Source of the DNA: Candidatus Woesebacteria bacterium | Lineage (GTDB): Bacteria > Patescibacteriota > Microgenomatia > UBA8517 | DNA: 64,000 nt | Assembly: GCA_016432365.1 (NCBI GenBank) | Contig: CP066686.1 | Coordinates: forward strand, 273,771 to 337,770 | Reading direction: 5' to 3' | Part shown: piece after piece, positions 19,616 through 30,893 of the stretch | Layout of the letters: the number at the start of each line of letters is the position of its first letter | Numbering within the stretch: position 1 is the first letter of the stretch | Translations under genes and position numbers: made by a program | Notes under the pieces: model-generated | What the model was told of the DNA's origin: nothing | What the model saw: only the letters and a program-made list of their open reading frames with translations | Databases searched by the model: none

Positions 19616-22600
19616 ATGGAACAATTAGCCGATCTAAAAAATTTAGCAGATTTCAAGAGTCTATTAATAAGATTTGCGTCACCTGACGAAATCAGAGCCT
19701 GGTCCCGTGGAGAAATCACCAAACCTGAGACAATTAACTATAGAACCCTCAAACCAGAAAAGGACGGACTTTTTGACGAAAGAATTTTTGGTCCTACAAA
19801 AGATTGGGAGTGTTACTGTGGAAAGTATAAGAGAATCAGATATAAAGGTGTTATCTGCGACAAATGTGGAGTTGAAGTCACTCAAGCCAGAGTAAGGCGC
19901 GAAAGAATGGGGCACATCACATTAGCTTCCCCCGTTGCCCATGTCTGGTTTTTTAAAGGAGCACCAAGCAAAATTTCACTTCTTTTGGGAGTAGCGCCAC
20001 GCGGTGTTGAACAAGTAGTCTACTTTGCCAGATATTTAGTTACCGAAGTAGATGAGGCAAAACGAAAAGATGCAATTGCCAATATTGAAAAGGCTAAAGA
20101 CGCAAGACTAAGCGAAATTGTTGAAGATTTTAAATCAAGACACGACGCTTTAAAAATTGAAGAAAAAGAGGCTAAAGAAAAGATTGCAAACAAAATTAAA
20201 GATAAAGAACAAGCTTCCTTAGCGATTTCTGAAGTCGAACTTAATCTTCGCAAAAAAGAGGCTGCAATCAGCGAAGAGGAAAGAGGAACTGTCACAAAAA
20301 CAGAACAGCTCTTTAACGATCTTTCATCTGTTATAAAAGGGTTGAAGACCTTGAGTATTTTGAGCGAAGAAGAATATGATGAACTTTATGCCCACGACGC
20401 TTCCGAATTTTTCACCGCCAAGATGGGAGCGGACGCAGTTCTTTCCGCAATTGAAAAAATCAATTTGGAAGAAATAACAAAAACTCTTCGCGAAGAAATA
20501 AATCTAATCAAAAGCGGCAGTTCAAAATATGTAAAATTAGTTAAAAGACTCAAACTTGTTGAAGGACTAAGACGAGCTAAAGTTAATCCGTCATGGATGG
20601 TTCTTAAAGTTTTACCGGTTCTTCCTCCCGACCTTCGCCCCATGGTTCAACTTTCAGGTGGACGTTTTGCTACAAGTGATTTGAACGATCTTTATAGAAG
20701 GGTAATAAACAGAAACAATAGACTTAAACACTTAATTGGGCTTGGCGCTCCTGAAATTATCTTGAGAAACGAAAAAAGAATGCTTCAGGAAGCGGTCGAT
20801 TCGTTAATTGATGCATCTCAGAGGAAAGCCACCAGGAAATCTCGTGGTAGACAACCACTACGAAGTTTAAGCGACATGCTTCGTGGAAAACAAGGAAGAT
20901 TCAGACAAAATCTTTTGGGTAAGCGTGTTGATTATTCAGGCCGAAGTGTTGTTATTGTAGGCCCAGAACTTAAACTTACCCAGTGTGGACTTCCCAAAGA
21001 TATGGCTCTTGAGATGTTCAAACCTTTCGTTTTGCGTGAGATGATCGCAAGGGGAATTGCCCCCAACGTTAAAAGTGCTAAGAATATGCTTGATAGGCGT
21101 CCTCCCGAGGTTTTTGATATTTTGGAAGAGATTACTAAGAATCACCCGGTTCTTCTAAATCGTGCTCCTACGTTGCACAAACTTTCTATCCAGGCCTTTT
21201 ACCCGGTTCTTATTGAGGGAAGTGCTATAAGACTTCACCCCGCAGTCTGCGCAGGATTTAATGCTGACTTTGACGGAGACCAAATGGCTGTTCACGTTCC
21301 TTTGAGCGAAAAAGCAATCGAAGAGGCCAGGACTCTTATGCTTCCATCCAATAATCTTTTGCGCCCCTCAGATGGCTCTCCTGTAGCAACTCCTTCAAGC
21401 AAGGAAATTGCCTTGGGTGCTTACTATCTGACAAGTTTGGATGATAGGATTCCTGCACTTAATACGATTTTTGCTGACAAAGATGAAGCCATTTATGCCT
21501 ATCAGGCGGGAATAGTAGAAGTAAGACAGAAAATAACCGTCAGAATCGGTGATAAGATGGTTGAGACAACCGCAGGAAGACTTCTTGTCAACGAAGTTCT
21601 TCCCGAGAACTTTGAGTTCTTTAACGAAGCTGCGACTTCATCTGCAATAAAGAGCCTTTTTGTAAAAGCCTACGCAACAGTTTCTAAAGAACGTGTTGTA
21701 CAAATGGTTGACGATATTAAAGATTTGGGATTTTTCGGAGGAACAATTTCCGGAATTTCGTTCGGTATTTTTGATGCTAAGGTTTACCCCGGCAAGGCAA
21801 AGGTACTTGAGGCGGCTGACGCTCGAGTTTCTGAGATTGAAGATAATTTTGCCGGAGGCCTTATTACGGCAGAGGAAAAGCGACGTCTGACACAGGAAGT
21901 TTGGATAGAAACCTCAGAAGATTTGGCTGACAAAACATGGGCCCTTTTGGAACCCACAAACCCAATCCGTGTTGTAATTGACGCTAAAGTCGGACGTGCT
22001 TCCCGTGACCAAGTTAAACAGCTTGCGGCCATTAGAGGTTTGGTTGTCGATCCGCTCGGGAAAATTGTTGATCTTCCCATTAAGTCCAACTTCAGGGAAG
22101 GACTTTCCATTTTCGAATACGTAACATCATCCCGTGGATCCAGAAAAGGACTTACAGACACTGCCATTAAAACTGCAGATGCAGGATACCTTACAAGGCG
22201 TTTGGTTGATGTTGCCCACGATGTATTGGTCAGACTCGAAGACTGTGGAGCTAAAGATGGTTATACGATTATGAAAGATGTTCGTACACAAGCCTTTTAT
22301 GCTAGGATTTTGGGAAGAATTGCGGCTAAAGACGTATTAGGTAAAAATGGTAAAACAGTTTTGGCAGCCGCTGGAGATTTAATCGATGAAGAAAAGGCCA
22401 AGAAAATCGACGAAGACGGAGTATCTATGGTTGAGGTTAGATCAGCTCTTACTTGCAAGGCCAGATATGGAATTTGTCAGAAATGTTATGGTTGGGATCT
22501 TAGTACCAAAAAGATTGTCGATATAGGAATGCCTGTTGGAGTTGTCGCAGCCCAATCCATCGGAGAACCAGGAACTCAGCTTACACTTCGTACAAAGCAC

Positions 22601-23338
22601 GCAGCCGGAGTAGTCGGAGTCGATGTCACACAAGGACTTCCGAGGGTAGAAGAATTGGTTGAATCCCGCATTCCTAAGGTTGTTTCTGCTCTATCTGAAA
22701 TTAATGGAAAAGTTCGCGTCGGGGAGAGTGAAGAAGGTTGGAAAGTTACAATTACATCAAAAGGTACACCCAAAGAAGAAAAAGAATATATTATTCCCAA
22801 AACCCTACAGCTTGCGGTAGAAGATGGGCAGTTGATTGAGGCTGGTGCAGCGCTTGCCAAAGGACCATTGGACATTAAAGATATACTTTCCATAAGAGGA
22901 CTTAGGGCGGCTCAGGAATATTTAGTTCACGAAATTCAAAAAGTCTATGAGTCTCAGGGGATTCCTATAAACGACAAGCATTTTGAAGTCATTGTTAGAA
23001 AGATGAGTGACGAAGTCAGGGTCGTAACAACCGGAAACACACCATTCCTTCCGGGGGAACTTACAAGTCGGGCCTCATTTGAGGAAGAAAACGAGAAAGT
23101 CTTGGCTGCGGGTGGAGAGCCTTCAAGCGCTCAACAGGTAGTTTTGGGTATTACCCGCCGCGCGCTTTATACCGAAAGTTGGTTGTCAGCGGCATCTTTC
23201 GAGCAGACTACAGATGTTTTGACTGAGGCGGCACTTTTGGGACGCGAAGACAAATTGGTCGGGCTTAAGGAGAACGTTATAATCGGAAGATTGATTCCGG
23301 TAAGTATTGAAAGGGCGACGATGTCTGAAAATAACTAA
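19616..23338 (+). CDS. rpoC: RNA polymerase beta' subunit
   Basis: KPETINYRT, zinc finger CYCGKY...[22 protein letters not shown]. Confidence 0.99.
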   Translation: MEQLADLKNLADFKSLLIRFASPDEIRAWSRGEITKPETINYRTLKPEKDGLFDERIFGPTKDWECYCGKYKRIRYKGVICDKCGVEVTQARVRRERMGHITLASPVAHVWFFKGAPSKISLLLGVAPRGVEQVVYFARYLVTEVDEAKRKDAIANIEKAKDARLSEIVEDFKSRHDALKIEEKEAKEKIANKIKDKEQASLAISEVELNLRKKEAAISEEERGTVTKTEQLFNDLSSVIKGLKTLSILSEEEYDELYAHDASEFFTAKMGADAVLSAIEKINLEEITKTLREEINLIKSGSSKYVKLVKRLKLVEGLRRAKVNPSWMVLKVLPVLPPDLRPMVQLSGGRFATSDLNDLYRRVINRNNRLKHLIGLGAPEIILRNEKRMLQEAVDSLIDASQRKATRKSRGRQPLRSLSDMLRGKQGRFRQNLLGKRVDYSGRSVVIVGPELKLTQCGLPKDMALEMFKPFVLREMIARGIAPNVKSAKNMLDRRPPEVFDILEEITKNHPVLLNRAPTLHKLSIQAFYPVLIEGSAIRLHPAVCAGFNADFDGDQMAVHVPLSEKAIEEARTLMLPSNNLLRPSDGSPVATPSSKEIALGAYYLTSLDDRIPALNTIFADKDEAIYAYQAGIVEVRQKITVRIGDKMVETTAGRLLVNEVLPENFEFFNEAATSSAIKSLFVKAYATVSKERVVQMVDDIKDLGFFGGTISGISFGIFDAKVYPGKAKVLEAADARVSEIEDNFAGGLITAEEKRRLTQEVWIETSEDLADKTWALLEPTNPIRVVIDAKVGRASRDQVKQLAAIRGLVVDPLGKIVDLPIKSNFREGLSIFEYVTSSRGSRKGLTDTAIKTADAGYLTRRLVDVAHDVLVRLEDCGAKDGYTIMKDVRTQAFYARILGRIAAKDVLGKNGKTVLAAAGDLIDEEKAKKIDEDGVSMVEVRSALTCKARYGICQKCYGWDLSTKKIVDIGMPVGVVAAQSIGEPGTQLTLRTKHAAGVVGVDVTQGLPRVEELVESRIPKVVSALSEINGKVRVGESEEGWKVTITSKGTPKEEKEYIIPKTLQLAVEDGQLIEAGAALAKGPLDIKDILSIRGLRAAQEYLVHEIQKVYESQGIPINDKHFEVIVRKMSDEVRVVTTGNTPFLPGELTSRASFEEENEKVLAAGGEPSSAQQVVLGITRRALYTESWLSAASFEQTTDVLTEAALLGREDKLVGLKENVIIGRLIPVSIERATMSENN

Positions 23339-23339
23339 T

Positions 23340-23786
23340 ATGCCGACGATTAATCAACTGACAAGGAAGGGAAGGAAAAGGAACATCAAGAAAGTTAAGA
23401 CGACTTCTTTAAAAAGATGGTTTAACGCAAAAGATAGAACTTTCAAAGAAACTCCGTCATCCTTTAAAAGAGGTGTTGTTTTGGCGGTTCGCACAATGAC
23501 TCCCAGAAAGCCGAACTCAGCTCTTCGAAAAGTAGCCAGAGTCCGCCTTTCCAATAAACAAGAGATTACGGCTTATATTCCAGGGGAAGGACATGAGCTT
23601 GCTGAGCATTCAATTGTTTTGGTTCGAGGAGGTCGTGTAAAAGATTTGGGTGGAGTAAAATATCATATAGTTCGTGGCAAGTTTGATACCACGGGGGTAT
23701 CGGGACGTCTTACAGGCAGAAGCAAGTATGGCGCCAAGAAAAGTGGACAGGTGAAAGCAGGAGCAAAACCTGCACCGGCAGCCTAA
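23340..23786 (+). CDS. rpsL: 30S ribosomal protein S12
   Basis: [24 protein letters not shown]. Confidence 0.98.
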   Translation: MPTINQLTRKGRKRNIKKVKTTSLKRWFNAKDRTFKETPSSFKRGVVLAVRTMTPRKPNSALRKVARVRLSNKQEITAYIPGEGHELAEHSIVLVRGGRVKDLGGVKYHIVRGKFDTTGVSGRLTGRSKYGAKKSGQVKAGAKPAPAA

Positions 23787-23796
23787 TTAAAAAAGT

Positions 23797-24276
23797 ATGG
23801 CAAGAAAAGGACAAATCAAAATTAAAGTAGCAGACGTTGACCCGATTTACGGGAGTAGGCTCGTGACAAAATTAATAAACAGGAGTATGAAGGATGGTAA
23901 GAAATCCGTTTCCCGTAGAGAAGTTTACGAGGCGATGGAACTAATTAGAGAAAAAGCCGGTGAAGACCCCGTCATTATTTTTGACAGGGCAATGGAAAAC
24001 ATCAAGCCGACAATGGAAGTTCGTCCCCGCCGTGTTGGAGGTGCAGCTTACCAAGTACCTCAGCAAGTCCGCGGTCCCAGGCGCGAATCCCTTGGAATTA
24101 GATGGCTTGTTGCGGCGGCAAATTCTAAATCCAATACAGAATTCCATACCTATGCGGAAAAATTAGCATCAGAAATTATGGATGCAGCTAAAGGTGAGGG
24201 AGTTTCTGTTAAAAAGAGAACAGATGTAGAAAAAGTAGCAGAAGCAAACAAGGCATTTTCCCACTTTAGATGGTAA
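23797..24276 (+). CDS. rpsG: 30S ribosomal protein S7
   Basis: RRVGGAAYQVP, AEANKAFSHFRW. Confidence 0.98.
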   Translation: MARKGQIKIKVADVDPIYGSRLVTKLINRSMKDGKKSVSRREVYEAMELIREKAGEDPVIIFDRAMENIKPTMEVRPRRVGGAAYQVPQQVRGPRRESLGIRWLVAAANSKSNTEFHTYAEKLASEIMDAAKGEGVSVKKRTDVEKVAEANKAFSHFRW

Positions 24277-24290
24277 TATAGACTATTTTT

Positions 24291-24812
24291 ATGCCTGAAC
24301 AACAGGAATTTGGACCTGACACATTCGAAGTTTATACAGAAAAAACTCTTCAAAAACTATCTTCGTTTAATTTTAAAGATTTAACCAGATATTTAAACAC
24401 AGATAAAATAGGATCGTATTCATTCAATATACCCACGGATAAGGCGGAGAATGAAAAGTTAACGGATTTTGTTACAACGGTTTTGGAATTATCGAGACTC
24501 GCAGGCATTAAGGAGAACGGTGTGGCTAGAAAAGACGTTGAAGACGTATTGGAAAAAGTTAAAAAAGGTGATTTTTTGTTACTGAAAAGTCACGCCTCAG
24601 AGGAAGGTGCTATTGTAGATGTCTGCCTCTCACTGGCAAGAGACAAAAAAACACCTCAAGGGAGAATCCCCCTTCCGTTTACAGGTGGAAACCTTGGTAT
24701 TTGGGTAAACGCTAACAAAAGCATTTCTTTTACAGGAAATAGACGTTATGATCATGCTGCGATCATGCTTACAAGTGTTTCAAAAAAAATGAATCTCAAG
24801 ATTTCTGATTGA
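24291..24812 (+). CDS. Hypothetical protein inserted between rpsG and fusA
   Basis: 173 aa ORF filling the gap, -10-like TAGACT 7 nt before ATG; no recognisable motif. Confidence 0.7.
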   Translation: MPEQQEFGPDTFEVYTEKTLQKLSSFNFKDLTRYLNTDKIGSYSFNIPTDKAENEKLTDFVTTVLELSRLAGIKENGVARKDVEDVLEKVKKGDFLLLKSHASEEGAIVDVCLSLARDKKTPQGRIPLPFTGGNLGIWVNANKSISFTGNRRYDHAAIMLTSVSKKMNLKISD

Positions 24813-24837
24813 ATTGAGGTGTTTGTCCTGTTACAAT
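24809..24837 (+). promoter_or_regulatory. Candidate internal fusA promoter
   Basis: TTGAAT-N17-TACAAT, followed by hairpin GCTCC-TAATT-GGAGC and a heptamer array. Confidence 0.55.
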
Positions 24838-24915
24838 CACACTTGCTCCTAATTGGAGCTTTTCTGTGTCTGGTGTTTTCTAATCACTATTCACTAATAA
24901 CTATTAACTATTTTT

Positions 24916-27084
24916 ATGGCTGAGGTTGCAAAGAAAAAAGCGGCGATAGTAACAACTGCGACAAAAGATCGCAATGTTTCCTATGAGAAAATCAGAAATA
25001 TCGGTATTATTGCCCATATCGATGCCGGTAAAACCACGACAACAGAAAGACTCCTATTCGAAACAGGCAGAACTTACAAACAAGGTTCGGTTGATGACGG
25101 TACAACAGTCACAGACTGGATGGCTCAGGAACGTGAGCGTGGAATCACTATTGTCTCTGCCGCAATTACCGCTTTTTGGGATCTCAAAACTGCCTCTTCC
25201 GTCGAAGCTGGTCATTATCGTATCAATTTAATTGATACACCCGGCCACATTGATTTTACCGCAGAAGTTGAACGATCTCTCCGTGTTTTGGACGGCGCTC
25301 TTATGGTCTTTGACGGTAGAACAGGGGTCGAATCTCAATCCGAAACAGTTTGGAGACAAGCTGACAAATACAACGTACCCAGAATTTGTGTTTTAAATAA
25401 ATTGAATTTGATCGGGGCGGACTTTGAGGCTTCAATAAAATCTATCAGGGAAAGACTTAAGGCCAATGCTTCTCCCGTAACCATTCCAATAGGGCAGGAA
25501 CATGAACATAGAGGTGTAGTAAACCTGATTTCGATGAAGGCCCTTACTTATAAGGCGGTTGAGGATCACGCACTAACCGAAGAAGAAATTCCGGCGGAAC
25601 TATTGGATATGGCTAAAAAATATAGGGGTGAGCTCATAGAAAAAGTTTCTGAATTTGACGACGAGGCTTTGAATCTGTTCTTGGAAGGCAAAGAACCTGA
25701 TGAGAATATTCTCAAAAGAGCCATCAGAAAAGGTGTAATTTCCGGAAAGTTCTTCCCGGTTTTTGGAGGGGACAATAGGACCGCCGAGAGCCAACTTCTA
25801 CTTAATGGTGTAGTTGAATATCTTCCTTCTCCAATCGACCTTCCGCCCGTTGCCGGAACAAACCCCAAAACAGGTGAAGAAGAAAAGAGAGAAAGAAGAA
25901 ACGAAGCTCCGATGAGCGCTTTGGCATTCAAAGTTATGACCGACCCACACGTGGGTCGCCTTGTCTACATGAGGGTTTATTCAGGTTCAATCAAGTCGGG
26001 ACAGGAGGTTTACAATTCCACAAAACAGAAATACGAGAGAATTGGTAAGTTGGTTCTACTTCACGCCGATCAACGTGAGCTTATTGAAGAAGCGTTTGCA
26101 GGAGAAATTGTGGCTGTGGTAGGTGTGAAAGAAACCTCTACTGGGGACACGGTTTGTGATTCAGCCCATCCAATAGTACTTGAGTCAATTAGCTTTCCCG
26201 AGCCTGTTATTTCGTTGGCAATTGAGCCTGCTACCAAGAGCGACCAGGAAAAGATGGGCAATGCCCTAAGTAAACTTTCGGACGAAGATCCAACATTCAG
26301 AATTAAATCGAATCCCGAAACCGGACAAACCATTATTTCAGGAATGGGAGAGTTGCAGCTGGAAGTGCTTGTAGACCGTATGAAGCGCGAATTTAACGTT
26401 GTTGCAACCACGGGTGCACCTCAGGTGGCGTATAAAGAAACAATCAAGAAAATAGGCGAGGGTGAAGGTAAATATATCAGGCAAACCGGAGGCCGTGGAC
26501 AATACGGACACTGTTTACTTAGACTTGAGCCTCTTGGCCGCGGGGAAGGATTTGAATTTAAGAGTGAAATAAAAGGAGGCGCAATTCCATTGGAATATAT
26601 AGGCCCGATCGAAAAAGGTGTCAAAGAAAAGATGGAAAATGGAGTTATGGCAGGTTTCCCCATGGTGGACATGAGGGTAGTAGTATTTGACGGAAGTTTC
26701 CACGACGTAGATTCTTCAGAAATGTCGTTTAAGATTGCGGGTTCAATGGCCTTGGAAGACGCTTTTAAGCATTCTGATCCCGCTCTTCTTGAGCCTATCA
26801 TGAAAATTGAAGTCTTTACCCCGGGAGAATATATGGGAGACGTTATAGGAGATCTTTCGTCAAAACGTGCTCAAATATCAGGAAGCGAAGAAAAGGCGGG
26901 CGAAACTGTAATTTACGGTGTTGTTCCTCTTTCGGAGCTTTCCGGTTATGCCACGAAACTAAGGTCCCTTACCCAAGGCCGTGCCAGGGCTTATGTTGAG
27001 CCTTCCCACTACGACGAAGTCCCAAGTCACATTACAGCTCAGATTGTAGCTAAAGCAGGCAAGGTGGTAATGGCAAGAGGGTAA
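24916..27084 (+). CDS. fusA: Elongation factor G
   Basis: AHIDAGKTT, ERERGITI, DTPGH, GMGELQL, GGRGQYGH; G4/G5 atypical. Confidence 0.98.
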   Translation: MAEVAKKKAAIVTTATKDRNVSYEKIRNIGIIAHIDAGKTTTTERLLFETGRTYKQGSVDDGTTVTDWMAQERERGITIVSAAITAFWDLKTASSVEAGHYRINLIDTPGHIDFTAEVERSLRVLDGALMVFDGRTGVESQSETVWRQADKYNVPRICVLNKLNLIGADFEASIKSIRERLKANASPVTIPIGQEHEHRGVVNLISMKALTYKAVEDHALTEEEIPAELLDMAKKYRGELIEKVSEFDDEALNLFLEGKEPDENILKRAIRKGVISGKFFPVFGGDNRTAESQLLLNGVVEYLPSPIDLPPVAGTNPKTGEEEKRERRNEAPMSALAFKVMTDPHVGRLVYMRVYSGSIKSGQEVYNSTKQKYERIGKLVLLHADQRELIEEAFAGEIVAVVGVKETSTGDTVCDSAHPIVLESISFPEPVISLAIEPATKSDQEKMGNALSKLSDEDPTFRIKSNPETGQTIISGMGELQLEVLVDRMKREFNVVATTGAPQVAYKETIKKIGEGEGKYIRQTGGRGQYGHCLLRLEPLGRGEGFEFKSEIKGGAIPLEYIGPIEKGVKEKMENGVMAGFPMVDMRVVVFDGSFHDVDSSEMSFKIAGSMALEDAFKHSDPALLEPIMKIEVFTPGEYMGDVIGDLSSKRAQISGSEEKAGETVIYGVVPLSELSGYATKLRSLTQGRARAYVEPSHYDEVPSHITAQIVAKAGKVVMARG

Positions 27085-27098
27085 AGTGTATTTGGGTG

Positions 27099-27128
27099 TT
27101 GACACCCCTATTTAGCCTCGGATATAAT
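27099..27128 (+). promoter_or_regulatory. tuf promoter with a palindrome over the -35 box
   Basis: TTGACA-N18-TATAAT; GGGTGT-TG-ACACCC at 27094-27107. Confidence 0.75.
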
Positions 27129-27193
27129 TCAACCTAACGAGCGTTAATTCGCTCTTGTTTCTTGAAAAAGGAACTTATATAATAAGCACTTGA

Positions 27194-28384
27194 ATGGCAG
27201 ACGCAAAACAACATTACGACAGAAGTAAACCACATGTAAATATTGGTACCATTGGTCATGTTGACCACGGTAAAACCACACTTACCTCAGCCATTACCAT
27301 GGTTCTTGCCAAGCAAGGTTTAGCCAAGGCTAAGAAATATGAAGATATTGATTCAGCTCCCGAGGAAAGAGAGCGTGGAGTCACTATCAATCTTTCTCAT
27401 CAGGAATACGAAACAGCAAAAAGGCACTATGCCCACATCGATGCTCCAGGCCATGCTGACTATATTAAGAACATGATTACCGGTGCTGCTCAAATGGACG
27501 GTGCTATTTTGGTAGTCTCAGCAGCGGACGGTCCTATGCCTCAGACAAGAGAGCATGTAATTTTGGCCAGACAGGTTAATGTTCCTGCACTTGTAGTATT
27601 CCTTAACAAGTGCGATACGGTCGATGATCCTGAAATCATTGATTTGGTTGAAGCAGATGTGCGTGAACTCCTTAAGAAATATGAATATCCAGGAGATGAG
27701 GTCCCTGTAATTCGTGGAAGCGCTCTTAAGGCTACAGAGGGTGACGCTGAAGCAGAAAAGAAGATTGTCGAACTTATGGATGCGGTTGATAACTATATTC
27801 CTGATCCTGTTCGTCAGACCGACAAGCCTTTTCTTATGCCTGTCGAGGACGTATTTACGATCTCTGGACGTGGAACAGTTGTTACAGGACGTGTTGAGCG
27901 CGGAATTATTAAAGTTAACGAGGAAATCGAAATAGTTGGGCTCAAAGATACTCAAAAATCGGTTGTAACAGGTCTTGAAATGTTCAGAAAGACACTTGAT
28001 GATGCCCAAGCCGGAGACAATGTTGGAATACTTCTTCGCGGAGTTGAAAAAGATCAGGTCGAGCGCGGTCAGGTTCTTGCAAAATCAGGGAGTGTTACAC
28101 CTCACACCGAATTTGATGCAGAAGTTTACATTCTTTCCAAAGAAGAGGGTGGACGCCATACACCATTCTTTACAGGCTACAAACCTCAGTTCTACATTCG
28201 TACAGCGGATGTTACGGGTGAGGCCACTCTTCCGGAAGGAATCGAAATGGTTATGCCTGGAGATAACGCCAAAATGCACGTCAAACTTATACAGCCGGTA
28301 GCCTTGGAAGATGGTCTTAGATTCGCAATTCGTGAAGGTGGCCACACAGTTGGTGCCGGAGTTATAACAAAAGTAACAGTTTAG
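27194..28384 (+). CDS. tuf: Elongation factor Tu
   Basis: [25 protein letters not shown]. Confidence 0.99.
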   Translation: MADAKQHYDRSKPHVNIGTIGHVDHGKTTLTSAITMVLAKQGLAKAKKYEDIDSAPEERERGVTINLSHQEYETAKRHYAHIDAPGHADYIKNMITGAAQMDGAILVVSAADGPMPQTREHVILARQVNVPALVVFLNKCDTVDDPEIIDLVEADVRELLKKYEYPGDEVPVIRGSALKATEGDAEAEKKIVELMDAVDNYIPDPVRQTDKPFLMPVEDVFTISGRGTVVTGRVERGIIKVNEEIEIVGLKDTQKSVVTGLEMFRKTLDDAQAGDNVGILLRGVEKDQVERGQVLAKSGSVTPHTEFDAEVYILSKEEGGRHTPFFTGYKPQFYIRTADVTGEATLPEGIEMVMPGDNAKMHVKLIQPVALEDGLRFAIREGGHTVGAGVITKVTV

Positions 28385-28400
28385 TTTGTAGCACATTCGT

Positions 28401-28709
28401 ATGGCAACAGGAAGACTAAGGGTAAAACTCAAAAGTTATGACCACAGGGTCTTAGATGAGGCGGCTTCAAAGATAATTGATACCGCTTTAGCTACTGGTG
28501 CCAAAATTGTAGGTCCAATTCCTCTCCCCACAGACCGCTCCATGATGGCCATTAAAGAGTCTCCTTTTACTGATAAAGATGCTCAAGAGCACTATGAAGT
28601 TTTAACCCACAAACGATTAATCGATATAATTGACCCATCCCCGCGTACGGTTGATTCCCTAGGGAATCTGGATCTCCCTGCAGGCGTAAGTATCGAAATC
28701 AAAATGTAA
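28401..28709 (+). CDS. rpsJ: 30S ribosomal protein S10
   Basis: [25 protein letters not shown]. Confidence 0.97.
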   Translation: MATGRLRVKLKSYDHRVLDEAASKIIDTALATGAKIVGPIPLPTDRSMMAIKESPFTDKDAQEHYEVLTHKRLIDIIDPSPRTVDSLGNLDLPAGVSIEIKM

Positions 28710-28794
28710 GCCCCATAGTCTTGACTCTTGGCCTCATTTGTGTTATCATTCCCCAACTTACATTCTGTAAGAATCTTGCACTTTGGAGGCATAA

Positions 28795-29094
28795 ATGATT
28801 TCTGTTAAACCTATCAACAATGCGCAATCGTTGGAAGTTAGGAAAAAGAAGTTCGGTCTGGAAATTGAATTGACTGCCATTTTTGGTCTCGGTATCACGA
28901 CCAAGGCGAAAATTTCCACGAGAGATTTGAAAGCCAGCCTTGAACAGCCGATTGGCGAACATCGTGATTTCGACGGATCTCTAAGGCGAGTGGTTCGGAC
29001 CGGTTTCAATCACACCCATCTTTTTTTCAAACCGAACAGCAATAACGACCTAGTTGTGGTCGAAACATCGGATCTACTGATCGCAATAAGTTAA
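28795..29094 (+). CDS. Hypothetical protein cassette between rpsJ and rplC
   Basis: Own promoter TTGACT-N17-TATCAT (28721-28749), GGAGG SD and a downstream terminator. Confidence 0.65.
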   Translation: MISVKPINNAQSLEVRKKKFGLEIELTAIFGLGITTKAKISTRDLKASLEQPIGEHRDFDGSLRRVVRTGFNHTHLFFKPNSNNDLVVVETSDLLIAIS

Positions 29095-29116
29095 GCATCA
29101 TTGAAATACAAGTCAG

Positions 29117-29157
29117 TAGCCCTGAACAATCAGCAATACGTTCAGGGCTATTTTTTT
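29117..29157 (+). terminator. Rho-independent terminator
   Basis: TAGCCCTGAAC...GTTCAGGGCTA followed by a T run. Confidence 0.8.
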
Positions 29158-29199
29158 GTCCTTCGACTTCGCTCAGGATCTTCGAGTCATCGAGCCTGA

Positions 29200-29228
29200 T
29201 TGACGTTCGTCTCAGGATGATATATAAT
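29200..29228 (+). promoter_or_regulatory. rplC operon promoter
   Basis: TTGACG-N17-TATAAT, followed by a ~160-nt structured leader. Confidence 0.75.
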
Positions 29229-29394
29229 TCCCCTCATGACATCCTCATCGGATGAATAGATAGTCTTCGTAAGATGCCTTCGGGCGCCTTCGGAGGCGCT
29301 CGTTTAATGACGGTTGGAATCACCAGCTGGTTTCAGAACATATGATAAGTGAACTTCGCTTTAAGCGTAAGCCCGCCTTGTCATTCGCAGACTC

Positions 29395-30189
29395 ATGATT
29401 AATACAATTTTAGGTTCAAAAGGAGTAAATTCTCAAACCTTTATACAAGGGTTCAGAATTCCCGTTACAAAGGTAACAGCGGGTCCTTGTGTCGTGACTC
29501 AAATTAAAAAAACCGATAAGGACGGCTATTGGGCAATTCAACTCGGCTTTTCAGCCAAATCCGGCAAAAATACTTCAAAATCACTTCAAGGTCACCTCAA
29601 AGAAAGTCAAAAGTCAGAAGTCAAAAGTCAAAATTTTCCAAGATATCTCAGAGAAGTTAGAGTAGACAGCGAGCCGGAATATAAAGTCGGGGACACAGTA
29701 AACGCCTCCGACATTTTTCATCCCGGGGATATTGTTTCCGTCATGGGTGTAAGTAAAGGCAAAGGCTTTGCTGGAGTAGTTAAGAGGCATGGTTTCCGCG
29801 GTGGCCCAAGAACTCACGGTCAATCTGATCGCGAACGCGCTCCCGGATCAATCGGTCAAACTACAACTCCGGGAAGAGTTTACAGGGGTAAAAGAATGGC
29901 GGGGAGAATGGGGGGAGAGCAAGTAACAGTAGAAAATCTTCATATAATTAGTATAAATGCAGAAAAAAACGAGCTGGAAGTTTCAGGACAAATTCCGGGA
30001 ACAGTTGGCTCTCTGGTTACAATAAACAAGATCAAATCAGGAAGCCTTAAAGAACTTGAACACGAAGTAGTGGCGCAAATGGTAGAGGGTGAAGGAGCAG
30101 CGGAAGAATCAAAAACAGGAGATGATAAGGCCGAATCCGCCCCAGCCCAGCCGACAGCTTCGGCACCCGAAGGAGGAGCTAAAGAATAA
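29395..30189 (+). CDS. rplC: 50S ribosomal protein L3
   Basis: SKGKGFAGVVKRHGF, RAPGSIG, GRVYRGKRMAGRMG; acidic C-terminal tail. Confidence 0.98.
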   Translation: MINTILGSKGVNSQTFIQGFRIPVTKVTAGPCVVTQIKKTDKDGYWAIQLGFSAKSGKNTSKSLQGHLKESQKSEVKSQNFPRYLREVRVDSEPEYKVGDTVNASDIFHPGDIVSVMGVSKGKGFAGVVKRHGFRGGPRTHGQSDRERAPGSIGQTTTPGRVYRGKRMAGRMGGEQVTVENLHIISINAEKNELEVSGQIPGTVGSLVTINKIKSGSLKELEHEVVAQMVEGEGAAEESKTGDDKAESAPAQPTASAPEGGAKE

Positions 30190-30191
30190 AT

Positions 30192-30890
30192 ATGGCAAAA
30201 ATAGATCTATACACAATAAAAGGGGTTAAAAGCGGGGATATGGTTCTTCCCAAGTCTTTTGATGAAGAAATAAATATGAATACGCTTGCCCAGGCTCTAA
30301 GAATTTATGAAGAAAATGCTCATCCGGGGCTTAGGAATACCAAAACAAGATCTGAGGTCAATAGAACAACCAAAAAAGTTTATAAACAAAAAGGAACGGG
30401 TGGCGCGCGCCATGGTTCACGCCGTGCCAACTTATTTGTCGGTGGTGGAATCATTTTCGGACCGCGTCCTGAGCGTCGCATTTTGAACATTTCGGATAAG
30501 CTAAAAATTAAAGCAAAATTAATGGCCTTTGCATATAAATTGGACAAAAAGGAAATTGTTGCAGTAACCGGCATTTCTAAAATCACAAAAACAAAAGAGC
30601 CCGCAGGGCTTTTGAATAAGTTGGGGGCGGAGATAAAGGCAAAAAGATTTACTTTTGTTCTTTCGGAGGGAGCAGTGGCAGTAAACAAGTTTTTAAGGAA
30701 TCTGAAGGATGCGAACTTTGTTTTGTATAAAGATGTCAACGCTCTAGACATCTATTACGGTGGGACAATAATTATGGACGACGGAATTTTTGGGAATGAA
30801 CAAAAGGAAGTCAAAAGTCAAAATTCGAAGGTCAAAAATGCAAATAAAAAGGAAAAAGTAACGAAAGTTAAAAAAACTGAGAAAAAATAA
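30192..30890 (+). CDS. rplD: 50S ribosomal protein L4
   Basis: TKTRSEV, QKGTGGARHGS, GGGIIFGPRP. Confidence 0.97.
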   Translation: MAKIDLYTIKGVKSGDMVLPKSFDEEINMNTLAQALRIYEENAHPGLRNTKTRSEVNRTTKKVYKQKGTGGARHGSRRANLFVGGGIIFGPRPERRILNISDKLKIKAKLMAFAYKLDKKEIVAVTGISKITKTKEPAGLLNKLGAEIKAKRFTFVLSEGAVAVNKFLRNLKDANFVLYKDVNALDIYYGGTIIMDDGIFGNEQKEVKSQNSKVKNANKKEKVTKVKKTEKK

Positions 30891-30893
30891 GCC

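Noticed and set aside
16235..28384. Inteins, introns or stop-codon reassignment in rpoB, rpoC, fusA or tuf
   Set aside because: The ORFs are continuous and of normal or short length; TGA acts as a stop elsewhere (ftsK, rplB, secY), consistent with code 11.
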